Source: Wallemia ichthyophaga EXF-994
Taxonomy: Eukaryota > Fungi > Basidiomycota
Assembly: GCF_000400465.1 (NCBI RefSeq)
Contig: NW_008806279.1
Coordinates: forward strand, 356,107-388,106
Direction: 5' to 3'
Length of the DNA: 32,000 bases
This document shows positions 20,425 through 32,000 of the stretch, one piece after another. Positions within the stretch are counted from its first letter, which is position 1; every line of letters begins with the position of its first letter. A program made the position numbers and the translations under genes. Below the pieces are notes generated by a model. It was not told where the DNA came from. It saw nothing but the letters and a program-made list of their open reading frames with translations, and ran no database searches.

Positions 20425-20511
20425 TTTAATTGTCTAGTCGCAGTCGCAGTTTCAATGCAAGAAGAGACATAATGAAGTAATAAATATCTAATCAATTCAA
20501 ACAGCTACGCT

Positions 20512-22827
20512 TCATCCTTGTATTTCTTTCACCTCCCTATTCAAAGCGTCACTTGTTTCTGACGCCAGCTCATTCGACTTGACCATCAATCTAAACATCT
20601 TGAGCGACCCATCTGCCTCCACTCCTGTGAGTGAAAACTGCTTGCCGTCAGCTGATGGGTTCATTTCCGGGTGTATGTTAAAGTTCTATACCTCGTTAGC
20701 CTCATTCTCTCATCAAGACATCCACACTCACCAAAAGTATCTTGGTTGTGGTTGAATCTCTATGCAAAATTCTCTTCTTTTTATTCTCGCGATTCTGCTT
20801 AATCTTAAATAACCCACTTCCACTTGGCTTCCAGCCATCCACGAATCTGTAAAGCCTAGCTTTAACTTGATAGACATCGTCTTCGTCTTCTTCACCGGTC
20901 ATAGTGCTCGTGCGAACCCCACTTTCTTCTTCGTTCTCCTTCTTCTCCTTATCCTCTTCTTTCACTTCTTTTACCTCTTCCTTCACCACTTCCTTGTCAC
21001 TCTGGGAAGCACCGCCAAATAAGAACTTGGGTGGCGTTGGTGGCGCCTTATCCATTTCGGCTGGCTTAGGGAAAGAAGGCAAGCTGGAAGCGCTTCCAAA
21101 TGTAAAAGCTAATCCTCCTTTAGATGGTGTGCTTTCGCTAGAAGGTGGTGCAGATCCAGACGGCTGAGATGCCTGTCCGAAGCTAAAACCGGGTGAAGTT
21201 TGTGATGTTTTTTCGCCCAAAGCTGCACCAAAACCTAAACTTTGCTTTGTTGCGAATGGATTTGGTATGGAACCAGCTGAGCTATTCTGAGTAGGTTTTT
21301 CGAATGCACTAGGCGTCGATGGCGCTGATGATAATGGTGTGCTTGTACTCGATGGGTTGAATAAACTTGGGACAGTTGGAGGTTTTGGTACGGCTGAGGC
21401 TGGCTTAGGAGCTGGGGGTATTTCCATTGGCATTTCATCCTTATCCACTTTGTCATCCTCCTTTTGCTCCTGTTTCTTGCTACTATCGCTCTCACCAAGT
21501 GCAGAAAACTTGTTGAAAGTATTTGACTTGGGAGATTCCTTCTTGTCCTCATTTTTAGATCCAAAGGTACCATTATTCTTTTCATTCGATGACGATGCGA
21601 ATGCGCTTGGAGGAAATGAGAATGGTGACTTGGATTCTTTCACAGGAGCAATAGTGGCAGTAGGCTTGAACCCGGTGCCAGTTTGGCCAACCGAGCTGGA
21701 TGAAGTTGATGGTTTGAGAGAAAAGCTACCAGCTGCAGGCATAGAAAAGGCAGGTGGAGCGATGGGTGGTTGCGCGGGTTTTGAGGATTCTAAAACCTCT
21801 GGTCTTTGATCTTTTACTTCTTTTGGCTGTTCCTTTGGGTACTCCTTTGGCTGCTCCTTTGTCTTTGATGTCTTTTCATTGATAGAACCCAAGTGTTTCT
21901 TGTACTCATCGGTGACTGAAACGAGCGCCGTAGAGAGATCAACAAATGGATTTTTTTCTGTTGCCACTCTGAGCGCATCAATAAGCGACTTGTTGAGGCC
22001 CTTGAGTGAGGCGAAGTAATGGACATCATCATCATCGACTTTCTCTTCTGCCTTAGGCTGAGGCTGAGGTGGTGATGGCTTTGATGATGTTGATGGTTCT
22101 GATGGTTTCTGTGCTCCAAAAGAACCAAATGATCCGAAAGAGCCGAAAGACGGTGAGCTTGTTGATGGTGGTTGGTTTGGTGCAGAAGAAGTCTATATCG
22201 CGTTAGCGTAATTAATGAAGGATTAAAATCCACTAACAGATGCGTTAAAGGCACCAAATGATCCAGTAGACTGTAGAACCAAGTCAGTACGTCTTGTTGG
22301 TTATTCCATCTAAGTGCAATTACCTTTGGTACACTCCTAGCTGGAGCTGCAGAGAAAGCAGAAAATGGATTGCTCTATGGGGCTCTGTGAGATCACATGG
22401 CAAGAGAAAGCCAAAGTAAGTATTTACCTTTGGTGCTGAATCTTCTGATTTAGTTGGAGGGTTGAATGCAAAGGGATTGATCTGAGGGAACGTCAGAGGA
22501 AATCTTCAAATATACTAATACTACCACTAACCTTGGCAGCTTCTTGCGTCTTCCCAGGTTGAGTCGGTGGTGCTGCAGATTGCATCCTTTTTGGCATTCC
22601 GCGTATTCTACAAGTAGAATTAGCAAAGGAATGCTAATCAAATAATCCACCCCACTTTCTCTGCGATAAAGAAGAATCATTTGCACGTGCAAACGGCTTG
22701 GCTCCTTCCTCGTAGTTGGACTAGAAAGAGATGAGCAGCGAATAAGAATCTAGAGCAGACACACATTGTCATCTCCTTCTGCCTCAGGATCGTCCTGCGT
22801 GAGCTGCTTTTCAGCGCCTCTTTTCAT
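20512..22827 (-). CDS. NUP2: Nucleoporin Nup2/Nup50 (N-terminal NUP50 motif, FG region, C-terminal RanBD)
   Basis: Starts MKRGAEKQLTQDD; FSF/FxFG repeats; RanBD TGEEDEDDVYQVKARLYRFVDGWKPSGSGLFKIK...RILHRDSTTTKILL/NFNIHPEM; stop at 20512. Confidence 0.88.
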
Positions 22828-23047
22828 AGTGATGGATGTAGTGAGAGAAGAGAAGATGGCGACGGGACTGAGATGAGATATGAGATATGAGGGAATGAGA
22901 CTGCTTGGATTAGAAACATACACAATTTGAACACCTGTCCCACTTAATAAATTTAACTTATAAATGAAAATTGATTAGGACACAGATATTGTAAACGGAG
23001 TTTAAATAAGTACAGTTTGCTAGCTACGTTTTTACATGATACGTTGT

Positions 23048-23631
23048 TTATAAGAGATCAGGGGCCCAGCTACTGATCGGTGGTAATCGAAGTCTCTTGG
23101 TGGAGGGTGGTGAGGGTGGTGCGATTGGCTCTGGCTTAGGCATTTCATCCGTAAAACTGCAATCCTTGTGTCTTTGGCTGCAGCGTGCTGTTTTAGTTTT
23201 AAATGAGCTGCCGAGTGGAATGCGCATGTGTCACCTACTGCACGTCGGTTTCAGTCCATCGCACTTGAGCTTACTGCTCTTGCAATTTGTACACGCTCTA
23301 AGTATACGATGGCGTCTGTCTTTGGTAAGCGGATTCGATGGCCGCGTGTGGAGCGTCATATGTCTGGTGAGGACATCTGAGCGCGCAAAAGAGCGCCCGC
23401 AGAAGGTGCAGCTGATTATAGGGGTTAGTGGGGGTGAAATGAATAGGATGAAACCATATAAACTAACATATGCGGCCTTTCTTTTGTATCTGTATAAAAA
23501 TTAGCTTCAACATTCCATACGGGAGCAGTTGTAGTCCACTCACGCGCAGAGTTTATGTGGCGTACGAGGTGCTCGTAACGACTGAAAACCTTCTGACACT
23601 GATCACATTGGTGTTGCTGCGTATCGGACAT
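23048..23631 (-). CDS. 140-aa transcription factor with two C2H2 fingers and a Zn(II)2Cys6 cluster (4 exons)
   Basis: Spliced: HQCDQCQKVFSRYEHLVRHINSA/HTKERPH/ICTFCGRSFARSDVLTRHMTLH...RACTNCKSSKLKCDGLKPTC/TRCSQRHKDC (CX2CX6CX6CX2CX6C)...KRLRLPPISSWAPDLL*. Confidence 0.87.
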
Positions 23632-23919
23632 TTATCCTACTTGATCTCGTTTTTCGTTTGTCGTTTTTGAAGAAGCGCTGTCTCTTCGATCGACGGATCG
23701 AAAATTACTGCCGAATGGAGAGTCTCCGGTATTAAAAAACACATTTAGCAGACAATATTGCCTACAGCGTATTGCTTTAATTTAAACAAAAAATACCTGC
23801 CCTTCATCTCCCTCTTTTAAACACGGAGTATGCCGGAGCGTCTGTTAAGCATATATCCGACAGGATGTGCGCACATATCCAATCGGGATTTATTTTTGAT
23901 CATTGTCATTTAGTTTTAT

Positions 23920-25066
23920 TCATTTCTCAATGCTGTCTACAAAGTTATTAGGTATCCAGCCGAATCTTCCATCTCGCGTGCGGCCTTGTATCCACTCTCC
24001 CGATCTGTTTATGACGGCAACTATATCACCCACTTTGATTTCAATTTCTGTGCCTTTCCTGTCCTCTGGTGGTGTGTATGCATACTTGCAACGCACAAAC
24101 GTCAAATTCGACGGATCGATCCTCTCCCCATTTGAGCCGATTAAGAGGTGCTGATTAATCTGAGATTGTGATGCCATCTTGACAAGCTTTGCCATAATAT
24201 ATGGCACACCAATCACGGCGAGGAGAAATATTACTAATGGTTTCTTCTTTGGTTTGTTCTGAACATCTCTTGCCCTTTCGGGTAATTTCCTTCCGCGTGC
24301 TTTGGCGATCATCAATTTTATCCATCGCAGAACGTTAAAAGCGGATAGAATTTGTGCCAGGTATCCTTTTAAATGCCCGAATTGCTCTGCCACTCCCTTC
24401 ATACTCCATCAAATTAGCCGACGGAAGCGATACTCCACTTACGAGCATAGCATAGAATGACGAATGTGTTGCCATAAATGTTGATTCGAGCATCTGAGCA
24501 AATCCACCGAAAGTTCCAACTATGCTTTCAAGCAGTTGAAACGTTGCTTGCGTTCCCGATTCCATTCGCTGTCCGACGCTGTTCGGCTCACCATACGCCA
24601 TCGGTCTATAGCCAAGCCCGCCGAAGCCAGCGTTATAGCCAGAGTTATAGCCGCCGAAGCCACCGATACCAGCCATGCCATTACCGAAGCGTGAATACGG
24701 TCCACCGAACCTATTGCCGTATGAGCTGTTTAGTCAGCGATGCTGCGACGATATTTATAGCTCACCCGTAACCTCCACCGAAGGAGTCGCCGTACATTCC
24801 ACTGCCAACGCCAGCGCCTATACCTCCATTCATACCACCGCCAGTGAATGGCTGCTGGATTTGATTATAGGCTGAAAACAAGTCAAATTTGTTCCGATGG
24901 ATTCGTGAGACTTACGGTTATCATACATCGGATTGATATTTGAGAGGTTGGATGGTCTTGGAGGGATAGCTGGCTGTGTTGAGTCCTGTGGCTGTGGCTG
25001 CGGCTGCGGCTGGATATCTGTGTTGACGTTTCCATTCTCCCAGGGTTTTGGTGGCGCTGTAGACAT
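23920..25066 (-). CDS. PEX13: Peroxin Pex13 (PPKPWE N-terminus, YG-rich region, TM segments, SH3)
   Basis: MSTAPPKPWE; GGFGGYNSGY; ESGTQATFQLLESIVGTFGGFAQMLESTFMATHSSF; KKPLVIFLLAVIGVPY; SH3 ending GRFGWIPNNFV. Confidence 0.95.
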
Positions 25067-25421
25067 GACGTGAGTGTTGGTTATCAAGGTGTATATATAT
25101 GTGTTGTGTGTGTGTATTGTATGTATTGTGTACGTGCGTACGTGCGTTAACTGCGTTTTTACGAGTACGAATATTGCTACAAATCTGTAACTTTGCCTTA
25201 TAAGAATAAAGTAGACACAAAGTATTCGAATTAGAATATCAAGTCAATAATATTATATTAAGTACAATATTTCATCTCATGTAGAAGCACCCAGGCCAAT
25301 TATCAATAGGCAATTAATGTCTAGAAACGTGGTATCTATTAACAACGCACACAAAACACCCTTCTTAATACAATGCTAGCACTAACGCCTACACTGAACA
25401 GAGAAAGAATGCAGCATGAGC

Positions 25422-25550
25422 TGTCTAATGAAAAATTGGCTATGGTCCAGAGGACACAAAGCACTAGGGTTTGGAGTAGATTTCAACCAGCAACGTACTC
25501 AGGCTCGGTTTTCACCTCAATGCCATGAGTTCTAACCCTTGCACAAAGAT
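25422..25550 (-). ncRNA. U4: U4 spliceosomal snRNA
   Basis: Minus strand AUCUUUGUGCAAGGG (U4/U6 stem II), 5' stem-loop ACUCAUGGCAUUGAGGUGAAAACCGAGCCUGAGU with K-turn GA/AG pairs, UUGCUGGUUGAAA (U4/U6 stem I), Sm-like site AAUUUUUC at 25430-25437. Order and spacing match fungal and human U4 as recalled. 3' end approximate. Confidence 0.9.
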
Positions 25551-25841
25551 GGTTTGAAATAAGAGTATCTAGCCTGACTATATCTCATTTGCGCACCGAG
25601 ACCTAGTTGTGTGACGAGATGCACTAAAAATGTGAATTTATAGAGGTTTTTTCAACTAGCTTTGTTTTTGATTGAGCGTTTGGCGTCTAAAATCTCTACT
25701 CATACCAATCAACTCTTAATCTCTGCAAAGCTGATGGTTCAAAAGTTTCACATTACAACTACATGAATTATGTCAAGAGATATTTATATATGTAAATCAT
25801 TTTATTCAAATTCAAATCAAATTCATTTAAATCCATTCATC

Positions 25842-28800
25842 TCACTCCTTGAAAGCATCATTCAAGAAATTCTCTATTTCAGACTTATGCGATGCCTTGG
25901 ATCCAGTTGCAACTGAAGATGATGGTGGTCTACCCGCATATAATGGTACCTTACCTTTGTGATGTTCAGTGTTGTCAACCAGCGTAATAAGTCGTTGCGA
26001 CACATATGACCACGCTCCATTATTCACTGGTTCTTCTTGACACCAGTATAAATCAGCATTTGGATACTTATCCAAGTTTGGCTTAATCATGTCATATGGG
26101 AATGGTGATAACTGTTCAAGACGTGAGATTACCACATCCTTTATTCCCTTCTCATCACGGTGTTTTATTAACGTGTGATAAACTTGTCCAGAACACAGTA
26201 TGTGACGACGCACTTGCTCAGGTGCAACCAGATGATCTGGATGTGGGTCTGGCAAGTAACGTTGGAAACTTGTATCACCGCTCAACTCACTCAAGTCCGA
26301 TCTAGCCATTGGGTGACGCAATAAGCTCTTGGCGAAGAACAACACCAATGGCTTACGGAATCCACGATGCACTTGACGACGAAGGACGTGGAAGTAATTA
26401 GCTGGCGTCGTTGGATACACTACCTGCATATTACAATCTTGATGCTGTCTGATTTGTTGCTCTTCACTTGGGAATATAAGTGGATTATCGTCGCAGAGCT
26501 GCAGGAAACGCTCTATTCTACCACTTGAATGCTCCGGTCCTTGTCCATCATATCCATGTGGAAGTGAGAGTACTAAACCTGTGCGCTGTAACCACTTCCT
26601 CTCTCCTGATGAAATGAACTGATCAATCATACATTGTGCATTGTTAGCGAAATCTCCAAACTGCGCCTCCCAAATGGTAAGAGAATCTGGAGAGACAAGC
26701 GAGTATCCGAGCTCAAACCCAAGAACACCAAATTCAGACAATGTTGAGTTAACTATAGTGACCGGTGCTTGCTTCTCACCAAGGTGGTTCAATGGCATGA
26801 AGGCTTCACCCGTCTTTTGATCGTGGATAATAGAGTGACGTTGCGAGAATGTACCTCTCTCGACATCCTGACCTGATAATCTGATGTGGTTACCCTCTGT
26901 AGCCAGTGCACCCATCGCGAGTGTTTCAGCTGTTGACCAGTCAATACCCTTGCCCTCTTCAACCATCTTCTCTCTGTTCTTAAGCACACGGCTCAAGTTG
27001 CGATGTACAGTGAAACCTTCTGGCAAGTTGCCAAGCTTCTTAGCAATATCAACCAGCTTATCCTCACGAACACCAGTTGGATTTACTGGAAGAACAAGTT
27101 GTGAAAGCTCTGAAGGTGTTGGGAATCCATCCCAAGACGATGAAAGCCATTCTTTCGGACTTGGCTTGTATTCCTTTGAGTTCTGGAATGACTTCTCAAG
27201 AGTCTGCCACACCCATTTCTTGTGCTCATCCGTGTCTTGCTTAGTAAATGTACCCTCATTTTGAAGATAATCGACGTAAATGTCGAGGATGTTTGGTTTC
27301 TTAGAAATAGCTTGATACATACGTGGTTGTGTGAAAGCAGGTTGATCAGTCTCGTTGTGACCGTGACGACGGTAGCAAACCAAGTCGATAACAATATCCT
27401 TCTTCCACTTGGCACGCCAGTCTGCTGCTAATTGACAAATGAAAACGACTGCCTCTGGATCATCAGCGTTGACGTGGAAGATTGGTGCATCAATGAATTT
27501 GGCAACATCAGTTGGGTAAGGTGTTGAGCGTGAGAATCTTGGGTCAGTGGTGAAACCGATTTGGTTGTTTATACAGATGTGAATCGTACCACCAGTACCA
27601 TATCCTGGGGTAGAGTGGAAACCGAGAGTCTCATAAACAACACCTTGAGCGGAGAATGCAGCATCACCATGGAGAAGAATGCCCATAGCAGAGAGTCTTT
27701 CTTTATCACCATCGAAGAATTGCAATGCGCGGGTCTTACCCAAGACAACAGGATCTTCAGCCTCCAAGTGAGATGGGTTGGCAACAAGTGAGAGCGAAAC
27801 CTTTTTGCCCGATGGTGTTGGACGAACGTAGTTTGCACCTAAGTGGTACTTAACGTCACCACCGCCAGATTCATCGTCAGCTGATGCCACTGGGGAGAAC
27901 TCGTTGCTTGATTATGTGAGTAAGTGGTAGGGTTTCGTTACTCCAAACTCACAAAATAGCTTCACCTGGCTTACGAATAACGTTGGCGAGAACGTTCAAA
28001 CGACCACGATGTGGCATACCAATCACGGCAGACTTGACACCGTGCTCAACAGAGCGATCAATAATTGCTTTCATACCAGGAATAAGTGATTCACAACCCT
28101 CCAAACCGAATCTTTTTTCATTAGGGAACTTGGTAGCGATGAAACGTTCGAAAGAATCAGACCAAACGAGTCTATCCAAAACCATTCTCTTTTCTTCCAA
28201 GGAAAAGTTCCAAGGCTGTGGGGATTCTATTCTGTCTCTAATCCAATCGCATTGGTCCTTTTCTGGTATGTGAACGTATTGAGAACCAATGGGACCACAG
28301 TAAATCTGCTTGCAGAGGTCGTAAATTTCACGCAGGGTCATTCTGGACTTTCCAGTGTCAGTGAAGCGCTTAAGAATACCTGGACCGAGGTCGAATTGCT
28401 TGGTATCGAGATCAGATTCAGACCAACCGTAGTGGGTAAGCTCCAACTCTGATGGCATGTTCAATTGTCTTTCAGGCTCAACGATACCGAGTGGATCAGT
28501 CTTTGCGAGTATGTGGCCACGGACTTGGAAAGCTCTAACCAAAAGCTGAACTTTGAGGTGATCAGTCAGGCTATTTGAGTCAGTCTTTGGAACATCTAAT
28601 GGAGTATTGACGAATGCTTGGTTTGGTGGCTCCTTGATCGCACCTACGCCTGCACCGGCAGATACTGAAGGAACGGGAGGTTTTCCATCCAAGCTGTTGA
28701 AGTACACATCCCAGCTCTCGTCAACAGAGGAGTGGTCTTCCTTCCAATGCCTGTACATCTGCTCAACGTAGAAGGCGTTTGCACCAGCGAATCCGTCATC

Positions 28801-28902
28801 CTCTTGCACCGAAGTGGCCAATTTGCGCAGCCTGGGCTGTGTAATGCTTGGTAAGCGTCTTGCTTGCAGACGCGTAGACAATCTCGTCACACGCGGGATC
28901 AT
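25842..28902 (-). CDS. KGD1: 2-oxoglutarate dehydrogenase E1, mitochondrial (2 exons)
   Basis: [63 protein letters not shown]. Intron ~27906-27951. Arg-rich presequence from ATG 28902; an in-frame ATG at 28947 is an alternative start. Confidence 0.97.
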
Positions 28903-29007
28903 TTTATCGTTAAGTGATGGATGTCGATGCGCAAGTGATTCGCTCATAATGTTATGTGCCGTATTTTAGCGAATAAAATTTAGACGAATAATTTACAATG
29001 TTTTGCC

Positions 29008-31846
29008 TCACTTGGGCGAGAAATGTAGTGTCCAAGTGTCTAGTAGCTTTCTACGGTACACCTGGCTGCCTTCCAAACCGGGCGTACCGTACGTCAATGG
29101 TGAGAGGAACCAGAAGACGGCGACAATACAAACTATTATTCCCGCAATCACTATCTTGGCTGTTCTAGGGAATTCTATGCGTGTGCGCAGCCTTGATCCT
29201 GTCAGGGGCCAGTCGGCTGACTCTGTAGCGATAAAGTTGACCACTGCACCAGCGACTAGTGCATTGGCAAGCTGTTAGGCGTTTAGAATAGTCAGCTGCC
29301 CGCTATGCAACTCACCTGAGCTGGTAAATAGTGGTGAATGAAGAGCTGTCTGCCCATTAAAAAGAAAGGCAAGTAGTGGAAAGCCCATGCAGCTATGAAA
29401 AAGCCAATTGAGTTGTGCATTCTACGTCTGACATCTGCAAACACTCTCAGCGCAATCATCGACTCATTCGACCCCACTTACGTTCCTCAATCGGTTCCTG
29501 TCCGCGCCTTCTCGACAATTGATCAGCTCCCCAAATACCTGCGAATATTGACAACGCCGCTATAGACCCCCAAGCACCAAAGACATTTCCAATCATGTAG
29601 ATCTGCTGTTGCGTGTCGTTGTTTGTCCAAAAGCTGATGCCCTTTAGTTGAAATGGCCACTCTATTGGTGCACTAGCGTATGGGTGTGAGTTAGTCAGGC
29701 CAGCGTTATGCTTCAGCATCTTGGTTTGCTTGGGTTTCAATCAGCAATGCAACATGTAAATAGGAGACTCCCACCAACTCAAAAAATTTCTTGAAGAAAC
29801 TCATTGACTTGACTCTTTTTCCTGTAGATCCACTCTGTCTGCTCTCAGCCTTCATCTCTGGATGAGCTTCAAACTCATCAATGTACCACGTAGCACCCTG
29901 CTCAGACTCATCCTTCTTTCCATTCACCTCAAACTTACCAGGAGCCCATCCAGATGGCAGCCCCTTACCACTCATGAACATAGATACGCCAGTATCGACA
30001 TGTACGAGCTTAAAGTGACTGGCGAGGGACTTAACAACCTCACCCTCTTGGGCACCCAGAACATGAATCTGGAACTCTTCTTCCTGGTCACGGCGGTTTG
30101 TGTTGTTATGCGGCCAAGCTGTAAATTCTTCATTGGTGGAGGTCAACGGAGAGGCAACATCGTGGGTCAGAAGGTTTGTATCAGTGTCCTGGTGGTACAG
30201 TTTGATGATATCACCATTTCTTAATTTCAAGTCATCCTTAGGAGCCGATCCCTCGCCTGGAAGAATCTGCCAGTAGTTATCCAAACCTCTATGAGGTATA
30301 CCTGATACTATCTGACCTACTCTAGTGGTCAGAGGGTGTATTGGTGTCTCGAAAACTCGCACCTTGGCTGCTGACCCTTCCATCAGGGTATCTAAGAGGG
30401 TAATATTGGAATTCAGTATGTAAAAAGTTGCTTGTGTCGCGATTTTTGAGAGTAGCTGTGTCATAGTAGAATATCTCTGAGTAACATTAGACTACTGCAT
30501 CAAATTGATACATTACAACCTACCTCTACTATTTTCAAGTACTGGATTACCTTGGAGAGTCTCCTGGAATCTTGGAGACATGAATGTGTCACCTGGGCCT
30601 GAGTATTTGAGTATCTTGAAGTGAGCCCAGAAGAGTGAGAGATACACTATAGCAGGGACAACAACGAGACAGAGTACACGAGCTGCAACGTGGCGAGTTA
30701 CTTGATTCTGAGGAGTTGTTAGCAAGATAAAATTTTATGAGACGTGCTTACCATTGTGTGACCTCTGCGGATGTCGAGAATGTTCCATAAATCAATAGCA
30801 ACGGCTACGCCGATAGTAAGGAAGGTGAAGAGACCAACCATCTTACAGCCAAGAGTCAGAGCCAGTGAGACACCGGTCAAGGCTTGCCAGAACCACCAGG
30901 AAGGAGTAAATGAGCTGTAAATCGGATTAGCTAAGCAGCCTGGAAAGTTACTACGCGCTTTCTGCGACATTTAGAGAATCTCACGTAAGAATAGAGCGAC
31001 AAAGCCATGAAGAAGACGAGGGCTGCATCGAGTAATATCAAACGCGTTTGAGCGACGTGGCCATTGTCTGGATTGGAGTGAGCGTATCGACATACGAAAG
31101 TAGCTACCAACCGAAGAGCATTATCGCAGCTGAGAGAATACCGATAGCTTTAGGATAGCCGGATTCACGCATGATACCATAGATAAGAGGTATGGTGAAT
31201 GAGCCTAAGACTGCTGACAGAGATCTCATACCAACATATGGAACACCGCCTGCAGTGTAGCTATCGTTGATGTTTGTGAACTGCCAAATGTAAGCATAGG
31301 GAGGGATAGCGAGAAGAAACGCACGCGGAAATCGCCATTGAAACCAGACAAGTAGCCAGCGAGACCGTTGAGCATCTTTGCGAGTGGAGGATGAACATCA
31401 AAGTAGTACTCTCTCTTGATGTAATAAGCTGCGAACTGTGGGAGTTGTAAGGAGGTTTCCGTTGTAATCTTGGCAGACGGACTTTCCCGAAATGAACTTC
31501 ATCAAAGCTTGAAAGATCGTTAGATGTATAAGTTGACGCCAATTTTACCTACACGACTTCGCTTGGATGGTCTATTTTATGGAATCTGATTGCCAGCGCA
31601 ACGGAAGCAAGAAGGAAACCGATCACCCAGTCAACCTTTCCGGTAGCGGTGATAGTCGTAGGCGCTTTCTTATCCTTAGAAATGTAAATAAGAGCGTAAG
31701 TCTGCTCTGTCTGCCATCCTCACATAACTGCCACGAGTTGACTTGTGATCCACGGCGATTGACTGGTGTGTAAATGCCGAGCCTGAACTGTACGATTGCA
31801 GATTATCCCCAGCGGAGTTCTTACTTTTTCCGCGCTGATAAGCCAT
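29008..31846 (-). CDS. PMT4: Dolichyl-phosphate-mannose protein O-mannosyltransferase, PMT4 subfamily; multi-exon
   Basis: MAYQRGKSK start; [11 protein letters not shown]; [15 protein letters not shown]; [14 protein letters not shown]; KMVGLFTF; [15 protein letters not shown] (PMT4-type); MIR domains; [10 protein letters not shown]; LTYGTPGL. Confidence 0.9.
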
Positions 31847-32000
31847 TTGGTGGAGATGGAAGAAGCTTGAACAAACGCGATGAGGAGTGAGATAGACTAT
31901 TCGGTTTATTTGGTCACAGCGAGAGATCTATTGCCAGTTGGAAAGGTGCGTCAAGATCCACCAATCAAATCCACTCTAATTCACTGCCAGCATTATCTCG

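Noticed and set aside
25461-25472. CAAACCCTAG (minus strand) as a telomerase RNA template
   Set aside because: Does not template TTAGGG cleanly and lies inside the well-supported U4 snRNA.
9835-31773. Many long antisense or alternate-frame ORFs (e.g. 9835-10200, 10218-10529, 13009-13725, 15624-16106, 21339-21809, 26884-27264)
   Set aside because: Shadows of real genes on the opposite strand or frame, often over low-complexity coding sequence; no independent homology recognised.
1-32000. CRISPR arrays, tRNA/rRNA genes, intact transposases or reverse transcriptases
   Set aside because: None seen: no repeat-spacer periodicity, no tRNA T-loop context, and no DDE or RT motifs in the translated frames.

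Overview
Eukaryotic fungal DNA: gene-dense, many 40-55 nt GT-AG introns, basidiomycete-like proteins. The compactness suggests Wallemia or a similar genome (inference only). Hand-splicing gives 14 protein genes: MSC7-type ALDH (5' partial), Mcp2-like PUF, NAF1, GOS1, an Ams2/Spt21 GATA factor, UTP23, a 55-aa secreted peptide, a short Kap121-like importin, a VHS-only Lsb5-like protein, NUP2, a 140-aa C2H2+Zn2Cys6 factor, PEX13, KGD1 and PMT4. A U4 snRNA also lies here. The main anomaly is a ~7.9 kb AT-rich gene desert (1465-9352) between two convergent genes. It has nested symmetry: an 863-bp inverted repeat, perfect except for one indel, around a ~1 kb AT-rich core, enclosed by an older diverged inverted repeat. 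A 30-bp motif with a telomere-like core occurs three times, in and beside the outer arms. This resembles an inverted-repeat regional centromere; a decayed long-TIR/foldback transposon or an assembly artefact are alternatives. NAF1 and GOS1 also share interlocking start codons (CATCATG). Splice models are by eye; no database search was run.
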